Source: Malacoraja senta (Eukaryota). Taken from it: a DNA stretch of 64,000 nt. The notes below the pieces were generated by a model that worked only from the letters and a program-made list of their open reading frames with translations, was not told where the DNA came from and made no database searches. Numbering within the stretch: the first letter of the stretch is position 1; each line of letters starts with the position of its first letter. This document shows positions 1 to 13,358 of this stretch, piece by piece. The stretch covers positions 3,350,001 through 3,414,000 of the forward strand of contig CM075993.1 in assembly GCA_038087875.1 (NCBI GenBank), given 5' to 3'. A program made the translations under genes and the position numbers.

Positions 1-699
1 AACACAGACATTGTGGCCCTTCGGCCCACAATGTCTGTGCTGAGCATGATGCCGAGACCATCACCTATCTGCCAGCACATAATGCACAACCCACCATATC
101 CATGTGCCTATCCAAAAAGTCTCCAAAATGCCACTATCGTATCTGCCTCCCACCACCACCGTTCCAGGCACCCACCACCCTCGGTGTAAAATAACTTGTC
201 CTGCACGCTCCCTTTTACATTTTTGCCCCCCACATCTTAAAGCTGTGCCCTCTAGAATTTTCCTTTTCCACCCTGGGGGGGAAAAATATCCTGAACGTCT
301 ACCCCTATCTACACTTCCCGTAATCTAACAGGCTTTGTCCTGCCCCCAGCTCGCTTCCAGCTTTCTACTCCCCCTTCTTCAGTCAACAGGAAGTAGGGTC
401 CCGACTGGAAACGCAGTCTGTCCGTGTTCTCCAGAAGGTGCTGCCTGACCCATTGAGTTACTCCAGCGCTTTGTGTGCTTTTTCTTTTGTAAACTGGTAT
501 CTGCAGTTCCCCAAGACCCTGTGGCGGTGGACACAAGATGTTAATCGTGTTTCCTTGCAGATTCTTGCCAATATTATTCTTATCAATATTTGCCAGGTTG
601 CAAAATGCCCAGCCATCACTCACAATTGTGAAACTGTGTTCTGCCGCGTGAAAGGGGAGTTAAATTAATCGAACCATGTGGGTCTTTCATTATAAGGTC

Positions 700-1160
700 A
701 TGCGGTTATAAGTGATAGGGGCAGAATTAGGCCATTCGGCCCATCAAGTCTACTCCGCCATTCAATCATGACTGATCTATCTCTCCCTCCTAACCCTATT
801 CTCCTGCCTTCTCCCCATAACCTCTGACACCCGCACTAATCAAAAATCTATCTATCTCTGCCTTAAATATATCCACTAACTTTGCCTCCACGGCCTTCTG
901 TGGCAAAGAATTCCACAGATTCACCACCGTCTGACTAAAGAAATTTCTCCTCATCTCCTTCCTAAAAGAACGTCTTTTAATTCCGAGGCTGTGACCTCTG
1001 GTCCTAGACTCTCCCACTAATGGAAACATCCTCTCCACATCCACTCTATCCAAGGCTTTCACTACGCTGAATGTTTCAATGAGGTCCCCCCTCATTCTTC
1101 TAGACTTCAGATGGTACAGGCCCAGTGGCGACAAACGCTCATCATAGGTTCACCTACTCT
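700..1160 (-). mobile_element. CR1 LINE 3' fragment
   Basis: RRMRGDLIE...RTRGH...RNFFSQ..VNLWNSLP peptide plus CR1 3' UTR. Confidence 0.85.
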
Positions 1161-4100
1161 TTGAACCTAATAGAATAGATCCAGAGCAGATTGGTTAAGA
1201 TAGGTAAAACTATTATTGGTTGTTTCACCTTTGAACCTGAAGGCCACCATGGCAACTCGCGACGACTTCCCGAACCAAAATCAGAAGCCACTTTCTGATA
1301 AAAAATGTGCGGTAAACAGGTCACCTATCCCAGTCTGAAGAAGGGTCTCGACCCCATCCCTTCTCTCCAGAGATGCTGCCTGTCCCGCTGAGTTACTCCA
1401 GCATTATGTGTCCATCCTCGGATTAAACCAGCGTCTGCAGTTCCTTCCTACACCAAACCTTGAATGCTGTTCCTCTCTCCAGAGATGCTGCCTGGCCTGC
1501 TAAGCCCTTTCCAGCATCCTCCCATTTTTTGTCTCAGAGTTCCAGCATCTGCGGGTTTTTTTTTTTGCTTTTCTTTTGTGATCGGCAACCCTTGTCCGTA
1601 ATGGAATAATTACCGACTGAAAAGAACTACTGTTTGGGAAATTAAAAAAAGTGTATTGTCCGCACTGTTTTGCAGTACGATTAACCAGGTCTTGTGCTAA
1701 AAAAAAAAGACAAAAATACCTCAAAACTGTTTTTTCTGTGTTTCTTCATATATATTATATAAGTATATATATATATATACCTCAGCTCTCATTAACATTT
1801 TACTTTTTAATGCTTGTAAGTTTGTGATGATGATTAACCGTTTATGAAATTGTAACACCAAAGAAGAGATTTTATGAAGAACTGCTATATTATGTATGCC
1901 CCTTATCGAAACCTAACAATCATTCATCAAAAGCCTCCAAAGATTTTTGGATGTGTTGCTACCTCCCTTGGTTTTGGGGTTTTGAGTTGAGTTAAAATGC
2001 AGGAGCGAGGGACGAGAGCTTCGCGTCTTTTAACCTCGAATCATTCTTGCCTATGTGTGTGTAATGGCTGCCAAAACATTTAAGATAATAGGTATTATTA
2101 TGCTGGCCATCAATGTCCTTCTCTTAGGTGGACAAAAAATGCTGGAGAAACTCAGCGGGTGAGGCAGCATCTATGGAGCGAAGGAATAGGTGAAGGGTCT
2201 CGACCCGAAACGTCACCTATTCCTTCGCTCCATAGATGCTGCCTCACCCGCTGAGTTTCTCCAGCATTTTTGTCTACCTTCGATTTTTCCAGCATCTGCA
2301 GTTCCTTCTTAAACACAATATCCATCTCCCGGGACTTGCGTAAATGTTATGAATGGGTGGGGTTGGCTGCACTGTACATCCTTTACTGCAGGCGGGGGGT
2401 AAGGTTGATGCCGTACACTAAGGATTAAGGCCGAGAAGACGTTGGCAAGATCGCCCTAGTCTTGTAAAAGGCACTTTTCCAGACAAGCTCCAACTGTAGG
2501 CCGTACGGAGTTGAACCCGGGTGGACATTGCCTATGGGAGGTGGATGAAACATGGAAAATAGATGCATTGGGCCCTTCGAGCCAGCACCGCCATTCAATA
2601 TGATCATGGCTGATCATCCAGAATCAGTAGCCCGTTCCTGCCTTCTCCCCATATCCCTTCATTCCGTTAGCCCTCAGAAATAAATCTAACTCTCTCTTGA
2701 ATGATGAAGCAACGAAAGCGGTTCAAATCTGGGTTTAGGATGCGAAACGCTCTTCGTTGTACAATGGTGGAGGTGTGCGGAGGTCTTTGTTTGCGATGGG
2801 TTGCATCAACCACGGGCAAAATCCGAGTTTCTAATGTGCCTGCAGTTTGCTGCTAACTATTGCTCCAACTGTGAAATGGCGATTGAGGCAATAATTGTCC
2901 CAACTTGAGGTACGAAAGTCCAACTCTCACCCCAGCCTTTAAGGATGGTTGAGGCCAGGGAGTCCCACTCCTGATGTCCCATGGCTCAGTTGATATTTGT
3001 GGACTGTTTACACAAGAGGCCTGGCCACTGACCTGGTAGTTCAGGTTGAATTCATATCTCACCGCAGCAACAGGAGCAAGTGAAATTAGATTACTGGTGA
3101 GAACGCTGGCCGCGAGATTCCCGGGAAGTGGAATCTGCCCGACATTCCCAGTTCAACACACGTGCGACTTCACACTCGGAACCAAGTGTCGCCAACAGCC
3201 ATGGAATGGTTCGGAAGGAACTACAATTGTTGGTTTATTCTGAAGATCGATTAAAAAAAAGTGCCGGAGTAACTTTGGACGGGACGGGCAGCATCTCTGG
3301 AGATCATGGATAGTAAATATCTCTGGAGAAAAAGAGGTGGCGTTGAGGGTCCTTCAAACTCGAAACGTCACCGATTCCCTTTCTCCAGAGGTGCTGCCTG
3401 ACCCGCTGAGTTACTCCAGCATTTTGTGTCTATCTTAGCCATGGAATGGGTCACAAATGCTCACCCTGTGTGCTGAGGTCAAGGAATAATTGCGGTTGAG
3501 TTACACTGGGGCAATGTTCGAGAGCCTGTGGGCTCAATACCCCTGGCTGCTGAGCTCACCGTTAGAGTTTGGGTTAGTGTTATCAATGGCTGACAATCAT
3601 CACTGCTGCGGCTTCATTGACATGGTGGGTTTTGCTTGAAGTCCTCTCTTGATGCCTGAGTTAAACCATGCTGCTTTGGAGAGAAGGTGACAGAGCTTTG
3701 TCAAAGAGTCTCCTGGACTCCCACCCGACCCTCTCCTTGGACATTTTTGTGAAGTTTTTTTTTAACCTTGAGGGTTCGAAAGATACAGCATGGAAACGGG
3801 CCCTCAGGCCCACCGTGTCCAAGCCGGTCATTGATCATCTGTTCACACCAGCTCTATGCTATTTGGGACGCGGGCGGAAACCAGAGCACCGGGAGGAAAC
3901 CCACGTGGTCACAGGGAGAGCGTGCAAACTCCACGCAGGTCAGGAAGGTGGCGTAAAAGCAATCCGCTCGATATTGCAGCCGCTGACCCCTGGAGAAGAA
4001 TCGGAATGTAAGAAAGGACGATGTCTGTGGAACTGTATAACAACACGGTGAGAGGCCATTCACCCATTGTGCTTCTGCTGGCTCTTTGGAAGGATTGTCC

Positions 4101-4319
4101 AATGTGTTAAACCCCCAATGGTGATCCGGGCAACTTGTGTAGAGGCCTCTCGTATCCTGAGAGTTAAAAACGACAAAGCCTCTTTTTCACCTGAGGGCCC
4201 AGACTTCACCAGCCGCTCTTCAATGGTTAGCCCGGTTATTTGGAGGGGATTCACTGCGCTGATGTGCAATACTAGTGGTTACAAGAGCTGAACAGAAGAG
4301 GAACATGTTTCATCCACAT

Positions 4320-4817
4320 CTGTATCTTCTCCGACTGTACCTGACTCCGACTGTATCGCCAGCTGTATTTGTCTCCAAATGTATCTGTCTCTGACTGTAT
4401 GTTTGTCTATCTGTTTCTGACTGTATCTGACTCAGACTGTATCAGTTTCTGACTGTATCTGACTCCGACTGTATCAGTTTCTGACTGTATCTGTCTGACT
4501 GTATCTGACTCAGACTGTATCAGTTTCTGACTGTATCTGTCTGACTGTATCTGACTCAGACTGTATCTGTTTCTGACTGTATCTGACTCCGACTGTATCA
4601 GTTTCTGACTGTATCTGTCTGACTGTATCTGACTCAGACTGTATCAGTTTCTGACTGTATCTGTCTGACTGTATCTGGCTCAGACTGTATCTGTTTCTGA
4701 CTGTATCTGACTCCGACTGTATCAGTTTCTGACTGTATCTGTCTGACTGTATCTGACTCAGACTGTATCTGTTTCTGACTATCAGTTTCTGACTGTATCT
4801 GACTCCGACTGTATCTG
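4320..4817. repeat. Minisatellite built from GACTGTATC(T/A)G-type units
   Basis: Tandem ctgactgtatctg / cagactgtatcagttt units. Confidence 0.9.
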
Positions 4818-5816
4818 CCTCACAGCACCAGAGACCCGGCTCGACTCCCCACCTCAGGAGCTGGCTGTGTGGAGTTTGCACGTTCTCCCTGCGACGGGGC
4901 GGGTTTCCTCCGGGCGCTCCGGCTTCCTCCCACGTCCCAAAGACGCGCGGGTTCGCAGGTCCATTGGCCCTCTTGTCAATGAACGCGAACGTGCGGGGAG
5001 CGGATGAGACATTGGGCTGACGCAGGGCCGGAGTGAACGGGTGATCGATGGTCAGCGTGGACTCAGTGGCGTGACGGTCCTGTTTCCAACGCTGTACCAC
5101 TTAAGCACCAAGCATCAAAATGGAAGGTCAACCATTCCCATGTTCAAAGCCAAGCCAAGATGGCAGCATAAAGAGTGTACAGTGCATCAACACAACCCTG
5201 ATGTGAGCACTAAAGATCAGGGAGTTCTTCAAAATAAGTACAAATCTATAGGTGCCAGGTTTCAACTCTAACCCGGTCAAGGTTGTGTATGCACGGGCTG
5301 GAAGGCAAACCTTTTTGCCTCAGTGTTTTTAATTTTTAATTTTAAGTGTTACAATTTACCGTGTTTCATTTTTTTTTTAACTTCACAAAAGTAAAAAAAA
5401 GCCGTTTCATAGCTACCTCTTACAACAGTTCAGAGATTTTAAAATATTTTTTAATTTAAAATTTTAAAAAGTGTGGACTCGTCGAAACAATCGGAGAAAA
5501 GGCAAGAATGAGCCAAAAAATAGTTTCAGACGGTTACCATGGTATCATGTATAAAAAATGTTAGCAACACAAAAGCAATATATATAAAGATCTGTGAACT
5601 TGTTAATCAAGATTTGGAATGTAGACTGGCCATGCAGCAACATGCTGTAAGTCTTTTATTAGTGATTTGTATTCATTTGTGTGAATTGACTGTTGTATCG
5701 ATATTATGCATTAACTGGTAATTAGAATAGTTGACATCAATACCTCAAATAATGCTACTTATGATATTTCTGTATATTTTGGTCATCTCTCTTTGACATT
5801 CATGTGAATGGTTTTT

Positions 5817-5860
5817 TGTAATCCAAATAAACTTCTACTGCTCCCAACCTCTGTTTCTTA
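5817..5860 (+). terminator. Candidate polyadenylation signal of an upstream gene
   Basis: TGTA (5817) + AATAAA (5826-5831) + downstream U-rich tract at the end of an AT-rich, 3'UTR-like unique segment (5100-5830). Confidence 0.35.
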
Positions 5861-5937
5861 TAGTAGACTATCTTGTCGCAGAGAGCAATCGGTCTCTATC
5901 ACTTGAACGGTGGTGCAGCGGTAGAGTTGCTGCCCAA

Positions 5938-6257
5938 TGGGGCTGTCCCACTGTACGAGCTAATTCAAGAGCTCTCCCGAGTTTCCCCTGGTTCGAACTC
6001 GGGGAATTACGGTAATGGCCGCCCGTGGGTACTCGGGGCTCTCGTGGACATTTTTCAACATGCTGTTGGAAATCTTCACCAGTCTTCACGAGCTTACCGC
6101 GTTTCCCAACTACCTGCTGTCAGGGTTACGAGCCGCTAAGAGACGTCCCCGAGCTCCGACGTACCCGCTACGTACATTCCACGTGCTTACCACGAGTTTG
6201 ATTTTTTTTTTAACTCGGGAGAGCTCTTGGGTGAACTCGTACAGTGGGACAGGCCCT
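5938..6257. mobile_element. PIF/Harbinger-like MITE inserted in a SINE head
   Basis: GGGGCTGTCCCACTGTACGAG / CTCGTACAGTGGGACAGGCCC. Confidence 0.7.
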
Positions 6258-6570
6258 TTACAGTACTCGCAGCGCCGGAGACCCGGGTTCGATCCCGACT
6301 ACGGGCGCTGTATGTACGGAGTTTGCACGTTCTCCCCGTGACCCGCGTGGAATTTCTCTGAGATCTTCTGTTTTCTCCCACACTCCAAAGGCATACAGGT
6401 TTGTAGGTTAATTGGCTTGGTGTAAATGTAAATTGACCCTAGTGGGTGTAGGATAGTGTTAATGTGCGGGGATCGCTGGTCGGCACGGACCCGGTGGGCC
6501 GAAGGGCCTGTTTCCGCGCTGTATCTAAACTAAACTAAACTTGATTTTGCAAAAGGAAGTGTGGTCATGG

Positions 6571-6903
6571 TCACACACGCATGCACACACACATGCCTAG
6601 GCACACATGTACGCACGCGCACACGCATGCACACACACACGCATGTACACATGCACACACACATGCCTAGGCACACATGTACGCGCGTGCACACACGCAT
6701 GTACACATGCACGCACACATGCCTAGGCACACATGTACGCGCGCGCACACCCACATGCACACACACGCATGTACACATGCACACACATGCCTAGGCACAC
6801 ATGTACGCGTGCACACACACGCATGCACACACACATGCCTAGGTGCACATATACGCACACGCATACACACACAAGCACAAATGCGTCGCGCATTCACACA
6901 CAC
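6571..6903. repeat. CA-rich minisatellite
   Basis: Recurring palindromic CATGCCTAGGCAC in a (CA)-derived array. Confidence 0.9.
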
Positions 6904-8017
6904 ATTTTTAATTTTAGAGATTTAGTATTAGAGATAGACACTAAGTGCTGGAGTAACTCAGCGGGACAGACAGCGTCTCTGGAGAGAAGGAGCAGGTGGC
7001 GTTTCAGGTCCAGACCCTTCTTCAGACTGATCATCAGGTAAGAGCCGTCCTATATGTGACTCCAGGCTTATGTTTGAGGGTGGACACAGCAGTCTCCACT
7101 TGTTAGAATGGGCCTAACTTGCCCACACCGGCCAACATGTCCCAGCTACACTAGTCCCACCAGCCCGTTTTTTGGTCCATATCCCTCCAAACCTGCCCTA
7201 TCCATGTACCTGTCTAACTGAGTCTTAAATGTTGGGATAGTCCCTGCCTCAACTACCTCCTCTGGCAGCTTGTTCCATACACCCACCACCCTCTGTGTGA
7301 AAACGTTACTCCTCAGATTCCTATTAAAACTTTTCCCCCCATAAGCCTATGCCCTCTTGTCTTTGATTCCCCTACCCTGTTCCCCAAGAGCCTGTGCGTC
7401 TACCCGATCTATTCCTCTTATGATCTTATACACATATTATAGTGCTGTTCATATCTTTACACTTAGGGGACTTCAGGAGAAGGGTCGACTCGAAACATCA
7501 CCTATTCCTTTTCTCTGTCCCGCTGAGTTACTCCAGATTTTCATGTCTATCATCAGTTTAAACCAGCATCTGCAGTTCCTTCCTACAGTAAAATGCTTTA
7601 GTTTGGGTGCTATCCAGTCAAAGAAAAAGTTATACATGGTTACAACACAATACAATACCATTTATTGTCATTTGAACCTCAAATGAAGTTCAAACGAAAT
7701 TTGGTTTCTGCAGTCATACAAACAAGTAAAAAGACACAACACAATTTACACAAACATCCATCACAGTGAATCTCCTCCTCGCTGTGATGGAAGGCAAAGT
7801 CGTCCACAGTGTACAAAGTATAATGGGTACAACGTTTAGTGCAAAGATATAACATTGATGTTCAATAAAGTCCGATTAAAGATCGTCCACAGGACTCCAT
7901 GAGGTAGATGGGAAGTCAGAACCGCACTCTAGCTAATGAGAGGACGGTTCAGTTGCCTGATAACAGCTGGGAAGAAACTGCTCCTGAATTTGGAGGTGTG
8001 TGTTTTCAAACTTCTGT

Positions 8018-8468
8018 ACGGGATGGCGGGACTGTCATCTGCTGAGAGAATGGAGCGGCTGGGCTTCTATACTCTGGAGATTAGAAGGATGAGAGGGCAT
8101 CTTAATGAAACATATAAGATTATTTAGAGTTTGGACACGCTAGAGGCAGGAAACGTGTTCCCAGTGTTGGGGGAGTCCAGAACCAGGGGCCACAGTTTAA
8201 GAAGAAGGGGTAAGCCATTTAGAACGGAGACGAGGAAACACTTTTTCTCACAGAGAGTTGTGAGTCTGGGGAATTCTCTGCCTCAGGAGGCCGGTTCTCT
8301 GGATACTTTCAAGAGAGAGCTAGATGGGGCTTAAAGATAACGGAGTCAAGGGATATGGGGAGAAGGCAGGAACGGGGTACTGATTGGGGATGATCAGCCA
8401 TGATCACATTGAATGGCGGTGCTGGCTCGAAGGGCCGAATGGCCTCCTCCTGCACCTATTGTCTATTG
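8018..8468 (+). mobile_element. CR1 LINE 3' fragment
   Basis: Degenerate CR1 C-terminal peptide and 3' UTR with CTATTGT tail. Confidence 0.85.
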
Positions 8469-9327
8469 CCTTGCTTGATGGAAGAGTGGAGAAGAGGGAG
8501 TGACCGGGTTGAGACTAGTCCTTGTTTAGGCTGGTGGGCAGTAATGCTGAGAAATAGTGCAAAGACTGCAGTGCATTTGTAATGGCTCATGGTTGCTGAG
8601 GTTAGCGGTCAGTGTTGTGCAGTGTTCAACAGCCTGCGGTGCCTAGCAACCACAGAACAAGGGGCAGGAATAGACACAAGGGTCCCATTCCCACAATGAC
8701 CCATCTGTCCTGGCAGGGCTGCTCCATTAGCAGAATGAGTCCATACTCCAACTGGAGGAACATTCCGCTCGGATAGATTACAACCCAACAATATGAACAT
8801 TGAATTCTCCATTTGCAGTTTAGTTTAGTTTAGTTTAGTTTAGTTTAGAGATACAGCATGGAAACAGGCCCTTCGGCCCACCGAGTCCGTGCCGGCCAGC
8901 GGTCCCCGCACACTAACACTATCCTACACACACTAGGACAGTCTGAAGAAGGGTCTCGACACGAAACGTCACCCATTCCTTCTCTCCAGAGATGCTGCCT
9001 GTCCCGCTGAGTTACTCCAGCATTTTGTGTCTATCGAGGACAATTTACAATCTTTACCGAAGCCCGAATAACCTACAAACTCGCACGCCTTTGGAATGTG
9101 GGAGGAAACGGGAGCACCCAGAGTAAACCCACTGTAGTCACGGGGAGAACGTACAAACTCCGTACAGACAGGGTCTCTGGCGCTGTGAGGCGTGCACCCT
9201 TTAATGTATTAACCAGCATCTGCAGTTCCTTGCTTGTACAGAAGGGAGAGCATGTACAACTCCCCAAACCAAAATCACAGGAAGTAGTGAATGATTGGGA
9301 TACATTAGGGAGATTAGGGGATACATT

Positions 9328-10302
9328 AGGGAGGAGCCATGTTGGGGAACGACTGCTAAGCAGCAGCCGTCCGTTTAATTCACTTTTTTTTAATAGTTTC
9401 AGTGTGTCCAATGTCTCGTCTGTTGGAGTAATCTAATTTTAAATGTAGGGTGAATGGGGGTAAATATATTCTAGGTCCCTACCTGGTCGGTGAGGCAGCT
9501 TTTTCTCCGGGCTGCCCCGTCGACCCGTCCTCGTGGCCTACCAGCGGACATGGAGCGCCGTTTTCCTGGCGGGGACCGCCCAGCACCTCGGCTTCGGTGG
9601 CGGCACAGCGCTGGAGCGCTATCGCGGAGCGGGCGATGCCTTCCCTGGGTGGCCGCGCTGGATCGATGCGCTGGAGCTCCGGTGAGCTGTGACCGCCGAG
9701 TTCAACACCTCCGGGCTGCGGGACTGCGGAGAGGATCGGGCGGCGCCGACTTTAACATCGGGAGCCTGGGAGCTCCAAACCGGCGCGGCCTTGTCGGCTT
9801 CGGAAGCCGCGGCCTCCGGTGAGGAATGCGGCCGTTCCAGGTGGCCCAGCCGCTGAGAGGACCCTCCTGACGCCGGGACAACAGCACCCGGTGAGAACGG
9901 CCAGGAACATCGGGCCTCCGTAGAGGCAATAGCGGAGGCCTCAATAGGCCTGACTTTGGGGAGAACTGGGGTTGGGGACTGGACATTGTGCCTTCCCCCA
10001 CAGTGGTAACCATTGTGGGGGGATGATTTTTGTATGTAGTGTCTATGTTAGTCTGTGTCCAAGATGGCGGTCGGAAGGGAGAGTGGACGCTGGCACGGTT
10101 TGGCTGCCGCTGCTCTCTCTTCACATTGTGTTTCTGAATTTTTTTGTTTTGTCTTTTGGATCGAATTTCTGTCTTTAATTTGTGTATTGGTGATGTCTTT
10201 ATAACTTATTTTACTCTGATTATATGTTTCTTTGTTAAATTTTGTAAGGTGTCCTTGAGACTTTTGTATAGGCGCCCTTAAATAAAATTTATGATTATTA
10301 TT
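9328..10302 (+). mobile_element. ~970-bp CpG-rich non-autonomous retroelement with L2-like 3' tail
   Basis: Homologous to 45428-46380 in the opposite orientation. Ends TGTAAGGTGTCCTTG...GGCGCC...AATAAAA and (ATT)n. Confidence 0.7.
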
Positions 10303-13165
10303 CCAGGTTAGAGTGGTCGTTTGGGAAGAGTTTCATCGATGGGAGGTATTTCTATCAATGGCCACTTGAGGTCAGCATTTGCTGAATGTGTGAACATGGG
10401 ACCCAAACATCCTAGATTTACAAATCTACGGATCAGTCTGAATAGAAGAAGGGTCTCGACTCGAACCGTCACCCATTCCTCCTCTCCAGAGATGCCGCCT
10501 GTCCCGCTGAGTTACTCCAGCATGTTCTACAAGTCCGTACCCCAAGTCTTTTGAAGATAGGCACAAAAAGCTGGAGTAACTCAGCGGGACAGGCAGCATC
10601 TCTGGAGAGATCGGTCTCTGAATATCGGTCTGAAAAAGTTACCACTCAGTTTCCTATTCAATCTTTTCCCCTTCACCTTGAACCTATGGTCCTCGATTCC
10701 CCTACTCTGGGCAAGAGACTCTGTGCATCCACCCGATCTATTCCTCTCATGATTTTATTTAAAAAATGTTTTCTGATTTTATTGAATTCAGATATTGGCT
10801 TCAACAGAACAGAATAATGCAGATGCTTCAGTTTCTTACAACCAAGCCTATTATTTTGTATTCAATTACTAAATCTTAGTTTAGTTTAGGGATACAACGG
10901 TGAAACAGGCCATTCGGCCCACCGAGTCCATGCCGACCGGCAATCACCTGTACACTGGTTCTATGTCAGAAATACTAGGGACAATGTTATGAAGAAGACC
11001 TCCTCTATTGGAAAATCATGGATTGAGAGATACAGTGTGGAAACAGGCCCTTCGGCCCATTGAGTCGATGCCAACCATCGATCACCCATTCACTCTAGTT
11101 CTATGTTATTCCACATTCTCATCCACTCCCTACACACTAGGGGCAATTTTACAGAAGTCAATTAGCCTATAAAGCTGCGCGTCTCGGGAATGTGGGAGGA
11201 AAGCGGAGCGCCCGGAGAAAACCCACTCGGTCACAGGGACAACATGCATGTCCACTGGTCCTCGATTCCACTACTCTGGGCAAGAGACTGCATCTACCCG
11301 GTCTTGCAGCGCCAGAGACCCGGGTTCGATCCTGATTACGGGTGCTGTCTGTACGGAGTTTGTACGTTCTCCCCGTGACCTGCGTGGGTTTTCCCGGGAT
11401 CTCTGGTTTCCTCGCACTCTCCGAAGACGTACAGGTTTGTAGGCTAGTTGGCCTGGTGCAAATATAACATTGTCCCGAGCCTGTGTAGGGTAGTGTTAAT
11501 GTGCGGGGATCGCTGGTCGGTGCGGACTGGTTGGGCCGAAGTGCTTGTTTCCGTGCTGTATCCCTAAAAACAATCCCCACACAGTCACAGGGAGAACGTG
11601 CAAACTCCACACATGCAGCACCGGAGGTCAGGATCGAACCCGGGTCTCTGGCGCTGTGAGGCAGCAGCTCTACCCGCTGCCCCACCGTGCCGCCATCTGG
11701 TGGATCTTGAAGCAGGTTGCACTAGTGATGTGCCACCACCCCCCCCCCCCCCCCAGCTGTAGGGAGAGGGTTAATAACAGAGTCTGGAGACAGACACACA
11801 ACGTCCCTGAGCCGTCTAGGAGTGCCCTGCCCTTAGAACCAAACACAGCCACACACACACACAGCAGATAACACACTACCAGGCATCTTGGCCAACAAAG
11901 TCAGGAAGTCAGATTCGAGTAGGTTTGCCAACTTTCTCATTCTCAAATAAGGGACAAAATATGGCGTGCCTCTGTGGTGTGGTTATGGTGCTCGCCCGGG
12001 GATGAAGTGTCCCGTGTTAGCCTGTCTGTGGGACGAAGGACTTGAGAGGAATCCTATAAGTAAAACAGTACACAAAGTCTAAAGGTTGAGTGGAGAATGG
12101 CATAACATTTTACTGCACAGTGTATTGTCAGCTATGGGTCAGTGGGCAATATAGTAGGGCAGTGAATATATGGCACAGCATTGCAGAGAGTAGTGTGGTG
12201 TAACAGCATAGTGTAATGACAAGAAGTGCAGTTCGATTGATTGAAAGTTACAACATGGAAACAGGCCTTTTGGCCCATCGGGTCCATGCTGGCCATCGAT
12301 CACCCATTCACATTAGTTCGCATCCACTCCCTACACACTAGGGCCAATTAACCTACAAACCCGCACGTCTTTGAGATGTGGGAGGAAACCAGAGCACCCG
12401 GAGGAAACCCACACAGTCGCAGGGAGAACGTGCAAACTCCGCACGGACAGCATCGAACCCGGGTCTCTGGTGCCGTGATGCAGCGACTCTACCCACTGCG
12501 CCATCGTGTGAAAGTAGAAAAGAGACGTCAAGGTGATTTAGTCGAACAATTGTACAGTTAAAATTAATGGTAAATTAACAGCAAAATTCAAGGAAACTAA
12601 TATTCCATTGGTATCTTTCCAACGAACCAGTGCAAAAACAATCTCCGATTTAATTTTGCTAATGAAATTACAGGGGCTTATTCATTTCTGTCTGATTTTG
12701 ACATGTTTCCTCAGCGTGGTCTTGAAGCATTGATGTCATTCACAATGGTCACCATGGCATTTTGGAACCATTTCATGTCCATTAATGAGTTTGCTCGCTG
12801 TGTAGAATTTCTATGAATGCGCGCCGGAGAAACGTCACCTGGGACTGTGGGCGGCACGGTGGCGCAGCGGTAGAGTTGCTGCCTCACAGCGCCGGAGACC
12901 CGGGTTCCATCCCGACTACGGGTGCTGTCTGCACGGAGTTTGTACGTTCTCCCCGTGACCTGCGTGGGTTTTCTCCAAGATCTTCGGTTCCCTCCCACAC
13001 TCCAAAGACGTGCAGGTTTGTAGGTTAATTGGCTTTGGTAAAATTGCAACCATTTTGTACCTACGCCGGCAAGTGACAGTCGGATACAGGTGTGAAGGTC
13101 TTATTGACCCATCCATGTCCCAACCCCATCACTTTTCGAGCTTTCTCACTCTCACTATGATCAGC

Positions 13166-13193
13166 CTGAAGATAGGTCCCGACCTGAAACGTC
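13166..13193 (+). ncRNA. Minimal hammerhead ribozyme motif, variant subfamily
   Basis: CUGAAGA-U-AGGUC-CC-GACCU-GAAA-C-GUC, with compensatory stem changes relative to the 35088 copy. Confidence 0.6.
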
Positions 13194-13358
13194 GCCTATC
13201 CATGTCCTCCAGAGATGCTGTCTGACCTGCTGAGTTACTCCAGTACTGTGTTCTACACAAGATTAGAACATAGGGTCATAAGGTCATAAGTGATAGGAGC
13301 AGGATTAGGCCATTCAGCCCATCAAGTCTACTCTGCCATTCAATCATGGCTGATCTAT

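Noticed and set aside
12852..12920. tRNA gene
   Set aside because: The A/B boxes belong to a SINE head that continues into the SINE body; no complete cloverleaf.
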